The translations under genes and the position numbers were made by a program. The notes beneath the pieces were generated by a model. That model did not search any database, was not told the DNA's origin, and saw nothing but the letters and a program-made list of their open reading frames with translations. A DNA stretch of 64,000 nucleotides from a virus, in the IMG/VR virus record IMGVR_UViG_3300023174_004481, positions 1 to 64,000 of that record, one strand, 5' to 3'. Of the stretch, positions 52,804 to 63,303 are shown in pieces; positions within the stretch are counted from its first letter, which is position 1; the number at the start of each line of letters is the position of its first letter.

Positions 52804-53316
52804 TTATAAACTTTCTATATTTCTACTGTAGCTATAAGATCTGCCTGGAGCTTCGATTGTATCATCTCCAGCAACTTGAAGAGGTTTTGCTTCATTAAGA
52901 TTGTAATTCTTAGTAAGAATTTGTAATTCGTCATTAATTTGTTTTCTTAATTCTGCATAAGTTTTTGCTAATTCGTTTTTATTTACTCTTTTTGCTCTGA
53001 ATCCATTTTGATCTATTTCAATTGTGCTATCTGTGCTAGCTGCACCAAGAGCATTTCTAAAAAGCCTCTCGTAATAGTGCATACTATAGATCATTTTAAA
53101 TATACTTTTTTCTATATCTTTAAACTCATCTCCACTATCTTCTAGTACACCAATTTCAAGAGTATCTTCTGTAATATAATATTTTTTATTAATAAGAATG
53201 TTAAGATCGCCAATATTGGTTCTTAGCCAAAAAGCTATACTAGCTAAGCTAAGATCACTTGGCTCGCCTAATTCGCGATAAATTTCGTCTGATATATCTA
53301 CAATTTTATTGGTCAT
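52804..53316 (-). CDS. Putative head-tail adaptor
   Basis: Helical 170-aa protein opening the neck cluster; GTGTAA 10 nt before the ATG. Confidence 0.45.
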   Translation of the reverse strand: MTNKIVDISDEIYRELGEPSDLSLASIAFWLRTNIGDLNILINKKYYITEDTLEIGVLEDSGDEFKDIEKSIFKMIYSMHYYERLFRNALGAASTDSTIEIDQNGFRAKRVNKNELAKTYAELRKQINDELQILTKNYNLNEAKPLQVAGDDTIEAPGRSYSYSRNIESL

Positions 53317-53427
53317 ATAATAGATATTACACTATATAATATATATTATAATCAAATTCTGAGGGTTATTTTAATTTAATTTAAATAATTCCATCTTAGC
53401 CCAATGACTAAGGTAGTTTTATATAAA

Positions 53428-54252
53428 TCATATATAATTTACATTTTGTCCAAGAGTCTTTTTAAATATACTTTTTAATAACTCTCTGTTAGAAAAAGTA
53501 TTATAACTATTAAAAATAGCCACAAAATCAAACAAAGTTGTGCTTGTGCTGTTGTTTCTAGTTAGGATACTTAATGTACTCGGAGAAGTTCTAGTAAGAC
53601 TAGCAGAGATTGGAGTTGTTGCACCAAAACGAGTAGTATCTAATATAGTAGTAATTGAAACGTTCGCCCTTGAATAAGCTATGCAATTAGGAATATTTAA
53701 CATTGACGCAGTTGCGGCGCCATTTGCATAATTTCTAATTGCATCACTTCTAAAATAATTAAATGCAACTTGTCCTGTCCCTCCCGTGCTTCTATGACCA
53801 TAAACTGTAGAATCTGTTGAAGAATATCTCATAGCGAAAAATTCTGAACTTACATTTGTTGCTGTGCCTATAGGAGTAAAAAATGCTATAAAATTTGGCC
53901 CTTGAATTAAATCATTTATAATAAAATTAGATACATCTATAGTTGAAGAAAGATTAGGATCTAATAAAATTCCATTAGGAGTCCAAATTCCGTTATTAGT
54001 TATTGATCCATTAAATGCTGATTTTGCGAATCCTCCAAGGCTATAAACTGTGGTGCCAGAACCTGCATTATGAGGCTGACGCATTGGCCAACAAACCATA
54101 TCGTCCCAAATTCCTATTTTTTTTATTTCAATAACAAATTGATTTAATTGCCTTAAACTTTGCATGCTTAAACTTTGATTACCGCCAGCTATTATTCTAG
54201 CGTTATAAGCTAATACATCATTATCCATTCCGTATGTTTTATTGGTTATCAT
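53428..54252 (-). CDS. Tandem paralogue 5 (conserved ends, variable beta-rich middle)
   Basis: D.D..AY..RI..GG, FV..IK..GIW, NAGSGTTVYSLGG, KKTLGQ. Confidence 0.75.
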   Translation of the reverse strand: MITNKTYGMDNDVLAYNARIIAGGNQSLSMQSLRQLNQFVIEIKKIGIWDDMVCWPMRQPHNAGSGTTVYSLGGFAKSAFNGSITNNGIWTPNGILLDPNLSSTIDVSNFIINDLIQGPNFIAFFTPIGTATNVSSEFFAMRYSSTDSTVYGHRSTGGTGQVAFNYFRSDAIRNYANGAATASMLNIPNCIAYSRANVSITTILDTTRFGATTPISASLTRTSPSTLSILTRNNSTSTTLFDFVAIFNSYNTFSNRELLKSIFKKTLGQNVNYI

Positions 54253-55091
54253 GGTAGAGTTATTCCTTTGCCAATTGTACTTTTAAATAAACTTTCAAAA
54301 CTTACAAAATTAATATCAATATCAAAAAAACAATGAAAAATATGAGTACCATGAAAGCCTGTTCCAAAACTTCCATTAGATGATTGAATAGATCCAGAGC
54401 TCCATCTACCACCAAATATAATACGATCATAAGATATTGTTCTTGGAATGTTAGTATTAGATGTAGAAGCTGATGTAAGAGTCGAAGAAGAATTTCTGCT
54501 TTCCGCTAATATTGTAGAAGAGTTAAAAGATCCTTTTACTATTTTAAAAAGAGTATTTCCTGAAATATTGCTTGTGGAGTTGCTTTTTGATTCTGCGCCC
54601 CAACTAGTTCCACTACTACTTATTCCAAGAATTGAAATACCATTGTTATAATAATTATTCGTACTAAGACTACTAACATAAGGATAACCATTTGTGAAAT
54701 TTTCCATACCAGCAGGAGTACTCATAAATATAGAAAATAAACTACATGTTTCAAGCAAATTGGGTCTTAGATTACAAGTTACATAATTAGAAAGAGAAGT
54801 TGTGGCATTTGCTATGCATACTAATCCTCTATCATTCCAACTTGCAGTTGAAATATTATTGATTATACCATTATTAAAACTATCTCTAAAAGAGTAAAGA
54901 ATATTACCACTTCCTACGTTATGATTTTTTCTAAAAAACCAAGCTTCTATCATATTATTGTATATACCAAGATCTTTTAAGCCTCTTATGAATTGATCTA
55001 TTGAAATTATATCAGTTGGAGTTTGAATACCATTATAATTAAGGCGTTTTATATATTTTTTTGTATCGTTGTCTAATTGATAAAATCTCAT
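54249..55091 (-). CDS. Tandem paralogue 4
   Basis: MRFYQLDNDTKKY...HNVGSGN...KSTIGKGITLP. Confidence 0.75.
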   Translation of the reverse strand: MRFYQLDNDTKKYIKRLNYNGIQTPTDIISIDQFIRGLKDLGIYNNMIEAWFFRKNHNVGSGNILYSFRDSFNNGIINNISTASWNDRGLVCIANATTSLSNYVTCNLRPNLLETCSLFSIFMSTPAGMENFTNGYPYVSSLSTNNYYNNGISILGISSSGTSWGAESKSNSTSNISGNTLFKIVKGSFNSSTILAESRNSSSTLTSASTSNTNIPRTISYDRIIFGGRWSSGSIQSSNGSFGTGFHGTHIFHCFFDIDINFVSFESLFKSTIGKGITLP

Positions 55092-55888
55092 GGTAGTCCA
55101 AGTCCTTTCCCAAGAGTAGATTTATAAAGTGAATAAATTAAATCAATTGAATTTATATTACTTGGTAAAAAAATTGCACAAAACGAAGCAGTCATTGGAT
55201 TTGCAAGATCTAAAGAGCCAGCGTTCCATCTGCCATTTATTTGAAGCCTATTTAATGTTGCAGTTCCAGATGTTGGAGATGCTCCGCTTGCTGATGTTCC
55301 ATTTCGAAGATTTCTAATCCTTATAGTTCCACCAACTGAAGATGAAATAGAATGAAAAACAAAATTAGTAGAAGCAGACATTCCATTTAAAATTGCGGTA
55401 CTAGTAAGAAAATCTCCACTTGAATTTCTGTGAAATCCTTGAGCGTCTCCAGCTCCACCATTTGATGCAAAACGTATCTCGTTAGAATAAAAAGTAGAAG
55501 AAGACTGAACACCAAATATCATTGGATAAGAACCATAAGTAGTTCCATTTCCTGCGCCACAAAATAAAACTGTAACATCTTGACCAAGATCAATTAAACT
55601 TGCACTGATTTGTTGTGTACTGGAAAGAGATATACCGTTGCTTGCCCAAATTCCATCATGTGTTGCGGTTTGCATATTTAATCCGCCGAGTGAATAAACT
55701 ATATTACCAGATCCAGCATTTTGATTTGATCTTAATGGCCAAAATGCTATATTTCCCCATAAATTTAAATCTTTTAATGCAACAACAAAATCATTAACAG
55801 AATAAATATCAGCTGGAGTTTTAATTCCATCAACAGCCATTCTTTTAAGATAGGCTTTTGTATCTCTGTCTAGTTTATAATATTTCAT
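55088..55888 (-). CDS. Tandem paralogue 3
   Basis: MKYYKLDRDTKAY...QNAGSGN...KSTLGKGLGLP. Confidence 0.75.
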   Translation of the reverse strand: MKYYKLDRDTKAYLKRMAVDGIKTPADIYSVNDFVVALKDLNLWGNIAFWPLRSNQNAGSGNIVYSLGGLNMQTATHDGIWASNGISLSSTQQISASLIDLGQDVTVLFCGAGNGTTYGSYPMIFGVQSSSTFYSNEIRFASNGGAGDAQGFHRNSSGDFLTSTAILNGMSASTNFVFHSISSSVGGTIRIRNLRNGTSASGASPTSGTATLNRLQINGRWNAGSLDLANPMTASFCAIFLPSNINSIDLIYSLYKSTLGKGLGLP

Positions 55889-56658
55889 GCTAGTCCAAGT
55901 CCTTTGCCTATTGTAGATTTATATAAAGAATAATAATTTAAATATAAAGGATTAATATTATCATTAAAGATGACAACAGAAGAAGTTGTTGGATTTGGGT
56001 TTGAGCCAGCTGTAAGCCTATAATAAAAATCACCATTTGTTGTTCCATCTATATCCCAATTAAAACTTGCATTTGTTCCACCAGATTTATATGTTGTGCC
56101 AAAATAACCTTCAAAAGAAGTTGCTGATTTTAAAGAAAATAATGTGCTTTTAAAATTATTTGAAGTTATTTGAGATCCAAGATTGAATTGTTGACCACCA
56201 TCGTTTCGATATCCTAAATATTCTCTATTACCTCCTGGAAAAAAGAAATACCTATCTCTTGAAGCGCTAAGATGACCAAAAGCTATACTACTTGTATATC
56301 CACCAAAATTTGTATTATCTATTACATGAGTACTGAACGGACTATTTTTAAATTTATATCCTCTTATAATAATATTCGAATTATCGATCCCGAAAAATAA
56401 ACCATTAAAAGTCCAAACCGCGCTAGTAATAGTTCCATTATATAAACTATTTTTTAATGCATAAACTGTACTCCCTGATCCAGAATTTTGCTGTTGTCTT
56501 AATAGCCAAATCTCTTCTACGCTATTCCAAATATTTAAAAGTTTCAATCCTTTTACAAAATCACTAACACTATTAATATCAGCTGGACATTTATATCCAG
56601 CATCTACTATGCGCTTTGCATAATTTTTAACATCAATATCAAGATCATAAAATCTCAT
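55885..56658 (-). CDS. Tandem paralogue 2
   Basis: MRFYDLDIDVKNY...QNSGSGS...KSTIGKGLGLA. Confidence 0.75.
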   Translation of the reverse strand: MRFYDLDIDVKNYAKRIVDAGYKCPADINSVSDFVKGLKLLNIWNSVEEIWLLRQQQNSGSGSTVYALKNSLYNGTITSAVWTFNGLFFGIDNSNIIIRGYKFKNSPFSTHVIDNTNFGGYTSSIAFGHLSASRDRYFFFPGGNREYLGYRNDGGQQFNLGSQITSNNFKSTLFSLKSATSFEGYFGTTYKSGGTNASFNWDIDGTTNGDFYYRLTAGSNPNPTTSSVVIFNDNINPLYLNYYSLYKSTIGKGLGLA

Positions 56659-57431
56659 GGTAATCCAAGTCCTTTTCCTATAGTTGATTTAACAATAGAA
56701 TAAAAAGTATCAATCTGTGCTGATGAAAAAGCTCTGTCTGAAACTAATCCAAAAGATGTTGTACCTAATGATAATGGGCCTCCTCTTGGAAGCCAATCTC
56801 CAAAAGTTATTAAAGATGAAGGCGCAAAACTCATTGATATATTTGATGTTGTTGCTGTTGAATTATTAGCTTTAAAAAGCAAAGTGTTAGTATCATAACT
56901 TGCGGCTAATTGATTGAATATTCCAACTGCAGTTGTAACTCCAAAATTATCATTTCCAGATCCATTATAAGCATCTAAACTTAATCTATCTGGACTAATT
57001 AGCGTTTTTAAAGCAAATCTGACTGTATTTAAATTACCATAAGAAATAGCTGGAGCTTCTGCAGAACTTCTTTTGGATACTGCAATTAAAGTTCTGTTAA
57101 CTCTGCCTCCATTTGACTCTAATATAGCAGTCATATATTGCGTAGATACAGTCCTTATAATTCCAGTATTATCCCATACCATAGAAGCAGAAGACATTGT
57201 AGCATTATATCTATCATTTTTAAGAGCATATACAGTTGTTCCAGTTCCAATATTATGGTCTTTTCTCATTAACCAAACATCTAAAATATCAATCCAAAGA
57301 TTATTAATCTTTAATTTTTTTATAAAATCACTAACATTAACTATATCAGACGGAATTCTTCCGCCAGCTTTTACGATTCTGTTTGCGTAAGCTTTTGCAT
57401 CAACATCAATATCATAGTATCTTTTATACAT
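56655..57431 (-). CDS. Tandem paralogue 1
   Basis: Start moved to ATG 57431 (TAATG overlap). MYKRYYDIDVDAKAY...HNIGTGT...KSTIGKGLGLP. Confidence 0.75.
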   Translation of the reverse strand: MYKRYYDIDVDAKAYANRIVKAGGRIPSDIVNVSDFIKKLKINNLWIDILDVWLMRKDHNIGTGTTVYALKNDRYNATMSSASMVWDNTGIIRTVSTQYMTAILESNGGRVNRTLIAVSKRSSAEAPAISYGNLNTVRFALKTLISPDRLSLDAYNGSGNDNFGVTTAVGIFNQLAASYDTNTLLFKANNSTATTSNISMSFAPSSLITFGDWLPRGGPLSLGTTSFGLVSDRAFSSAQIDTFYSIVKSTIGKGLGLP

Positions 57432-58291
57432 TAAACTAGTTCCCAAGAAATATATTTAATATTTGTGCTTGGATAAGCTGCTACGCTAACTGGGCCATTA
57501 TATTTTGGGGTGAAATCAAGGAAGTTTCCGCCATTATTATCAAATTCACTAGCTCCACCTTTTAATATAAGATTAAAACTACTACCAGTTATAACAGCGC
57601 CAGTTACTCCAAAGCTAACGCCAGTTGTTACCGTTGCTCCTGCACCAAATTTAAGATAAATATTTCCTGTGCCATAATTAGTAATACCCCAAGCAAGTCT
57701 ACTATTATTGCCACTTAGTATTGTACCAACTCCAGTTTGTATGGAATAATTGCTAGCATAACCACCAACTGGAGGAAATGCTGTGACACTATCAATATCT
57801 TTATCAAGATCTGCTTGAAGAGTTAGTGCGCCACCACCTTGAGAGTCAATATTTAATACTGCATTTGCATTTCTACCGTATTGAGGAAAAAATCCAGAAG
57901 CTACATCAACTGCTCGTCCTCCAACTGCTCCAAATTCAATTGGAACTCCTGATGAATATAATCCAGTACTAGTTCCAGATCCAGTTATATATCCAGTTAA
58001 ATAACCAGAACAAAAATCATACTCTTCACTTGGCACATCATAAAATATTTGCAATTTATCAGTATTGGCCATTGAGGTTGTATTATAACCCAATAAAAAT
58101 CCGCTAGTTGAATTAACAGCTCCTGTAGTTGCTGAATCTGCGAAATTGTATATTATTTGTCCGCTACTTACATTAGTAATTAATAGTAGACTCTCAAGAT
58201 TTACTGGATTTTGAGGTCCGTAAAGAGATGTTGGAAAATTAACAATTTTGCTACTTGCTAAGAATTGGTATCCTGTTATAAGTTTTTTCAT
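57431..58291 (-). CDS. Hypothetical virion protein (SG/TG-rich)
   Basis: LLLITNV....IIYNFAD and DKLQIFYD N-terminal motif; follows the fibre gene. Confidence 0.6.
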   Translation of the reverse strand: MKKLITGYQFLASSKIVNFPTSLYGPQNPVNLESLLLITNVSSGQIIYNFADSATTGAVNSTSGFLLGYNTTSMANTDKLQIFYDVPSEEYDFCSGYLTGYITGSGTSTGLYSSGVPIEFGAVGGRAVDVASGFFPQYGRNANAVLNIDSQGGGALTLQADLDKDIDSVTAFPPVGGYASNYSIQTGVGTILSGNNSRLAWGITNYGTGNIYLKFGAGATVTTGVSFGVTGAVITGSSFNLILKGGASEFDNNGGNFLDFTPKYNGPVSVAAYPSTNIKYISWELV

Positions 58292-58320
58292 ATATGTTTA
58301 AATAGATTACACCTTTTATA

Positions 58321-61300
58321 TTATAGGGCTATAGCATATGCTAATGCTAATTTTTTTGTATTTTCAATTTGAGTATTTAAATTAGACCCAGTTGAAGCTA
58401 AATTTGTGATCGTTGCATAAGTAGATGTTAAAGTTCCACTTAGAGAATTGATATTGCTATTTAAACTTGAACCAGTAGAAGCAAGATTTGAGATAGTCGC
58501 ATAATTAGATGTTAGAGTTCCGCTTAAAGAATTTATACTGCTAACTAAAGTAGAGCCTGTTGATGCAAGATTAGTGATTGTGGCGTAAGTTGAGGTTAAA
58601 GTACCACTTAATGAACTAATATTAGAGTTTAAAGTAGAACCAGTGCTTGCGATGTTTGTTGCTAACGTACTTCCAGTCAAAGCAACATTCGAAATGGTAG
58701 CGTAAGTGTTGCTTAAGTTATTGATATTCGTTTGCAAGGTTGAGCCAGTGCTTGCAATATTTCCTGCTAACGTACTTCCAGTCAAACCAACATTCGTTGT
58801 TAACGTATTGATATTCGTTTGAAACGTCGAACCAGTCAAACCAATATTCGAAATAGTAGCGTACTTGCCATCAACAAAACCGCTATAAGCGGTTATATCT
58901 TGAACTGATGCGATATCAGGTAAAGTTGAAAGGTCGCTATTTCTGGTACTAACTCCAAATTTAAATTTATTGCTATGATCAAAACCAATAATTGGACCAG
59001 TATCATTTACTCCCGTTAAACCACTTCCAGTAACAAAGAATATTCCACCATCTACTGCGCCACCAGTAAGATTCAAAAGAACATAAGGACTTTGAACATT
59101 AAAATTATTAGTACTAATAATAGTTTCAGTTCCAGTAACAAAAAGATTATTAATATAAACATTATCTCTAAAAGTTTTAATTCCGCCAACGCTTTGATTT
59201 CCATAAAGTAAAACTGAACTGCCACTTAGTGAATTTATACTATTTTGTAAAGTATTACCTGTTGAACTTAAATTATTAGATATAGAATTATCTTGAGTAT
59301 TAACATATCCGCTTAAGTCATTGATTTTTGTATTTAATGTAGAACCAGTACTAGCAAGATTAATGATGGTAGCATAAGTAGATGTTAGCGTTCCACTCAA
59401 TGATCCAATCTTATTGTCTAATGAGTTGCCTGTTGAGCTTATGTTACTTTGTAGTGTAGAACCAGTGCTTGCTAGATTATTAATTGTTGCATAAGTACTA
59501 GTAAGAGTTCCGCTCAAAGAGCTGATACTATTATTTAAAGTAGAACCAGTTGATGCTAAATTTGTTATTGTAGAATAAGTATTTACTACATCTCCAGTAT
59601 AACCAGTAAAAGTAGATCGTACTATAACTGGATCACCACTAATTTTTATTGATTCTTCTGTAATTATTATTGAATTTAAACCAATTTTAATTCCATTCCA
59701 AAAGAAACCGCTTTTTTGAACAACTAAATCTTCTGTAAAAGTTTTATTTCCGCTTATGGTTTGATTGCCAGTATTATAAACTAAATTATTAGCTAATATA
59801 TTTCCAACTACTTGTAATTTTTCAGAAGGTATATTTGTTCCAATTCCTATATTACCATTATTTTTTATATATAATCTCTCAATACCACTGTTTGGATTTT
59901 CCGCTGTATAAAATACTATATCTCCACCTTGATTATTATATAATTCAAATTCATTGCCATTCATACAGACTTGTGCGCCCTGACCTGATCCACCATTATT
60001 TAAAATTTCTAAAAGTGTTAATGCATTATTAGATTGGAGACTTAATGTATATGGAGAACTTCGATCTAATATAGCATCACCAATTACTAAATGACCAGTT
60101 TTGATTTGATTGCCAGTGGTATAAATTAAATTATTTGCTATAATATTTCCATTTACTTGTAATTTTTCAGATGGAGAACTTGTGCCTATACCTACGCTGC
60201 CACTATTTGTAATTCTCAACCTTTCATCTCCAGCACTATGATTTGGTGACGTAAAAAATAATATATCTCCACCTTGCCAATTATATTGTTCAAAATCATT
60301 ACGATTTATTCCAATAAACGCTCCTTCACCAGATCCACCGCTATTTAAAATTTCTAAAAATGTATCTTGATAATTCGTTTGGAGACTTAATGTATATGGA
60401 GAATTTGGATCTACTATAGTATCACCGATTATCAAACGACCACTTTTAATTTGATTTCCAGTTGTATAAAGAATTGTATTTGGTAACCTAGCTTCTTCAC
60501 CACTTAAAAGAACACCAGTACCATTTACAGTAGGACGATTGATAAATTGTCCATTAGATTTTGTAACGTAATTTCCAGTAAGAGTTCCACTCAAAGAATT
60601 TATACTAGAATTTAATGTATTACCTGTAGAATTTAAATTTGTTATTGTGGCATAAGTTGAACTCGCTGTAGAAGAAGTTAGATAAGAACTAAGATCTACT
60701 CCAGTTATAAAACCACTAGGATTAGATTTGAGATAGTAATTTCCTGTTAATGTACCGCTTAAACTATTAATGTTTTGAGAGAGTGTAGATCCTGTATTTT
60801 GTAATTGACTATCAGTTGCATATGTTGCATCAAGATTTCCAGTAAATCCAGTGAAAACAGAATTAAGAGAATTTATACTAGAAACCAAAGTAGAACCAGT
60901 AGAGGCAAGATTTGTAATAGTAGCATAAGTATTTGATGCAGAAGATGATGTAAGATAATTTCCTGTTAAAGTTCCGCTTAGTGAGTTGATAGTATTAATT
61001 AAAGTAGCACCAGTATTTGCAAGTTGAGTATCACTTGCAAATGTAGCATCTAAAGTTCCAGTATATCCTGTGAACAATCCGCTTAAAGAAATAATATTAT
61101 TATTTAAATTAGATCCAGTAGATGAAAGATTAGTAATAGTTGCGTATGTACTAGATGCAGTAGATGAAGTTAAATAATTACCAGTAAGAGTACCACTTAA
61201 ACTATTAATACTATTAACTAAAGTACTTCCTGTGTTAGCTAAATTAGTTGTTGTTGCATAATTACTTGTCAAAGTCCCACTTAATGAACCAATCTTAGTT

Positions 61301-62139
61301 TCTAATGTACTGCCAGTACTTGCAAGATTATTTGCTACTGCTGTAACGCTAGCGTCTGTTGCATAAACGTTATCAAGATTATTAATCTGATTTTGTAGAT
61401 TTGAACCTGTGGACGCGAGATTAATTATTGTAGCATAGTTAGAAGTTAGAGCTCCACTCAAAGAAGATATACTAGAGTTTAAAGTAGTTCCAGTTGAATT
61501 TAAATTACTTATTGTAGCATAAGTATTAGATGCAACATTTGTTGTAAGATAATTTCCAGTTAAAGTTCCGCTAAGAGAATTAATTTTATTTTCTAAATTC
61601 AAACCTGTTAAACTTAAATTAGATGAAAGTATATTTATATTGCTTTGAAGAGAAGATCCAGTAGATGCTAAGTTATTTGATATACTTGAATCTTGAGAAT
61701 TTACATAACCACTTAGATTATCTATTTTAATATTTAATGTATTACCAGTTGAATTTAATTGAGAATCTGTTGCATAAGTTGCGTCTAAAGTTCCAGTATA
61801 TCCAGTAAACAATCCACTTAAATTATTTATTGAAGTATTTAAATTGGCGCCAGTATTATTTAAATTAGTTGTTAATGAGTTTACTGCTGATTGAAAATAT
61901 CCACTATTACCAGAAATAAAAATTGTATTAAGACCACTATTATAAACTATATTTCCATCTGCTCCAGTTATAATAATGTTTTCTGCAGTTAGTGAATTTA
62001 TTGATGTAGGATTGCCTTTTTCGCCTCTTGGTCCTTGAGGTCCAGGAATAGAAATGTTAGTAGCTAAAACTTGCGTTGGTGATGTTACATCAACACTAAT
62101 TGTACTAGGCAAATTAACATCTACTGTAATGTCTGCCAT
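58321..62139 (-). CDS. Long fibre protein with ~29-aa coiled-coil repeats and duplicated beta modules
   Basis: Short collagen GPQGPRGEKG; many YATITNLASTGSTLxxxIxSLSGTLT repeats; two copies of an SPYTLSLQ...GIGT..PSEKLQV.GNI module. Confidence 0.8.
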   Translation of the reverse strand: MADITVDVNLPSTISVDVTSPTQVLATNISIPGPQGPRGEKGNPTSINSLTAENIIITGADGNIVYNSGLNTIFISGNSGYFQSAVNSLTTNLNNTGANLNTSINNLSGLFTGYTGTLDATYATDSQLNSTGNTLNIKIDNLSGYVNSQDSSISNNLASTGSSLQSNINILSSNLSLTGLNLENKINSLSGTLTGNYLTTNVASNTYATISNLNSTGTTLNSSISSLSGALTSNYATIINLASTGSNLQNQINNLDNVYATDASVTAVANNLASTGSTLETKIGSLSGTLTSNYATTTNLANTGSTLVNSINSLSGTLTGNYLTSSTASSTYATITNLSSTGSNLNNNIISLSGLFTGYTGTLDATFASDTQLANTGATLINTINSLSGTLTGNYLTSSSASNTYATITNLASTGSTLVSSINSLNSVFTGFTGNLDATYATDSQLQNTGSTLSQNINSLSGTLTGNYYLKSNPSGFITGVDLSSYLTSSTASSTYATITNLNSTGNTLNSSINSLSGTLTGNYVTKSNGQFINRPTVNGTGVLLSGEEARLPNTILYTTGNQIKSGRLIIGDTIVDPNSPYTLSLQTNYQDTFLEILNSGGSGEGAFIGINRNDFEQYNWQGGDILFFTSPNHSAGDERLRITNSGSVGIGTSSPSEKLQVNGNIIANNLIYTTGNQIKTGHLVIGDAILDRSSPYTLSLQSNNALTLLEILNNGGSGQGAQVCMNGNEFELYNNQGGDIVFYTAENPNSGIERLYIKNNGNIGIGTNIPSEKLQVVGNILANNLVYNTGNQTISGNKTFTEDLVVQKSGFFWNGIKIGLNSIIITEESIKISGDPVIVRSTFTGYTGDVVNTYSTITNLASTGSTLNNSISSLSGTLTSTYATINNLASTGSTLQSNISSTGNSLDNKIGSLSGTLTSTYATIINLASTGSTLNTKINDLSGYVNTQDNSISNNLSSTGNTLQNSINSLSGSSVLLYGNQSVGGIKTFRDNVYINNLFVTGTETIISTNNFNVQSPYVLLNLTGGAVDGGIFFVTGSGLTGVNDTGPIIGFDHSNKFKFGVSTRNSDLSTLPDIASVQDITAYSGFVDGKYATISNIGLTGSTFQTNINTLTTNVGLTGSTLAGNIASTGSTLQTNINNLSNTYATISNVALTGSTLATNIASTGSTLNSNISSLSGTLTSTYATITNLASTGSTLVSSINSLSGTLTSNYATISNLASTGSSLNSNINSLSGTLTSTYATITNLASTGSNLNTQIENTKKLALAYAIAL

Positions 62140-62143
62140 AAAT

Positions 62144-62488
62144 TTATCTCGTTACTTCTGGTAAAATTGAAAACTTTCCTCGCATTAATTTAATAGTATT
62201 TCCAGTAGGTATTCCAGATGGATATCTTTCAATATCATAAATATGATCGCTAACTGGAAGATCTTGTGAAATATAAGAATTAATATTAATTGCAATCGTA
62301 CCAGATGTACTATTAGTAATAGTAGGATTTAAATCTAATAAAACTCCTGTAGCACCATAATTAGTGCGAACTTGACCTCTTACCTGATAGCCACTTAAAT
62401 TTAGTGCTGTTCCGTTGCTATCTTTTAAATTTAACGTTAATTGTATATAGTCGCCTTGATACCCAGTAATATTGTAAAATGTTGCCAT
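62144..62488 (-). CDS. Fibre adaptor / BppU-N-like small beta protein
   Basis: QGD...L.L.LKD..G..LNLSGY..RGQVR, YDIE, LMRGKF.I.PEVTR. Confidence 0.6.
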   Translation of the reverse strand: MATFYNITGYQGDYIQLTLNLKDSNGTALNLSGYQVRGQVRTNYGATGVLLDLNPTITNSTSGTIAININSYISQDLPVSDHIYDIERYPSGIPTGNTIKLMRGKFSILPEVTR

Positions 62489-62513
62489 GTTAAATATTAC
62501 ACTTTAATTGATA

Positions 62514-62666
62514 TTATTTTTTGTATAATTCTTTTGTTACGTCGTCTGCAGAACCCATAGTTGGGGTTTCTGGATATTTAGTAGGTAATTCTCTGCTTTC
62601 ATAGCTTTGTTCTGAACAACCATTTAAAATCAATAATAAAGGTAATATTAACACTAACTTTTTCAT
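62514..62666 (-). CDS. Small lipoprotein (50 aa)
   Basis: Not in the ORF track. MKKLVLILPLLLILNG-CSEQ...LYKK*: basic N-terminus, hydrophobic core, lipobox LNGC. GTGTAA 8 nt upstream. Confidence 0.75.
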   Translation of the reverse strand: MKKLVLILPLLLILNGCSEQSYESRELPTKYPETPTMGSADDVTKELYKK

Positions 62667-62674
62667 AAAGACTA

Positions 62675-63301
62675 TTACACTTTTAAGGAATCTTCTATTA
62701 ATTTAGCTTCTGCATCTCGCCTGCGACTCATGCCCTTTTCTATGCTTCCACCAATCCATATTCTTTTCATGCTTCTTATTTGATTAGCTATAAAAGTTAA
62801 TGCTTTTTGATCATAATTAGATACTAATTTCATGCCATCTCTTATTAATTTCATTTCGCGGCGACGATCACCTTCTAAAGCTGCTCCTCTATTAAATACA
62901 AGACTAACTAATCCACCTTTTGCATCTTCTGGAAGATTATCAAAATTAGGAAAAGTTTGGCGCGTTAAATTATAGAATTTAGTTACTGTTTTATTATTAA
63001 ATACTTTAAGAGCAAGATCCCAAGGAATAGTTATATCTTTTAATCCTCTAATAAGATCTTTTGCGGCTATGCCTTTTATGCCAACAATTTTATATAATCT
63101 ATCAAAATCTTTTTGAGGCAATTCTTTCCAGTCATTTGTGAATTCTGTTTTATTCACATATCCCAAATCATAACCAACACCAATTGTAACTCCGCTTTGC
63201 TCTCCTGGCCATGCTGGACTTTTTAAAAATTTATTATAATAGTTTTCGCCACCGCCAACTTCAAATTCGAGAATAAGATCTAAGGATTTTTTATTCAACA
63301 T
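62675..63301 (-). CDS. Endolysin, lysozyme-like (GH24/pesticin C-terminal-like)
   Basis: LILEFE, SGVTIGVGYDLG, LVSLVFNRG, GM.RRR.AEA. Start moved to ATG 63301. Confidence 0.82.
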   Translation of the reverse strand: MLNKKSLDLILEFEVGGGENYYNKFLKSPAWPGEQSGVTIGVGYDLGYVNKTEFTNDWKELPQKDFDRLYKIVGIKGIAAKDLIRGLKDITIPWDLALKVFNNKTVTKFYNLTRQTFPNFDNLPEDAKGGLVSLVFNRGAALEGDRRREMKLIRDGMKLVSNYDQKALTFIANQIRSMKRIWIGGSIEKGMSRRRDAEAKLIEDSLKV

Positions 63302-63303
63302 AA

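Noticed and set aside
53428-62139. CRISPR array or diversity-generating retroelement
   Set aside because: Repeats are degenerate and protein-coding; no identical repeat-spacer units, reverse transcriptase or template/variable repeat pair seen.
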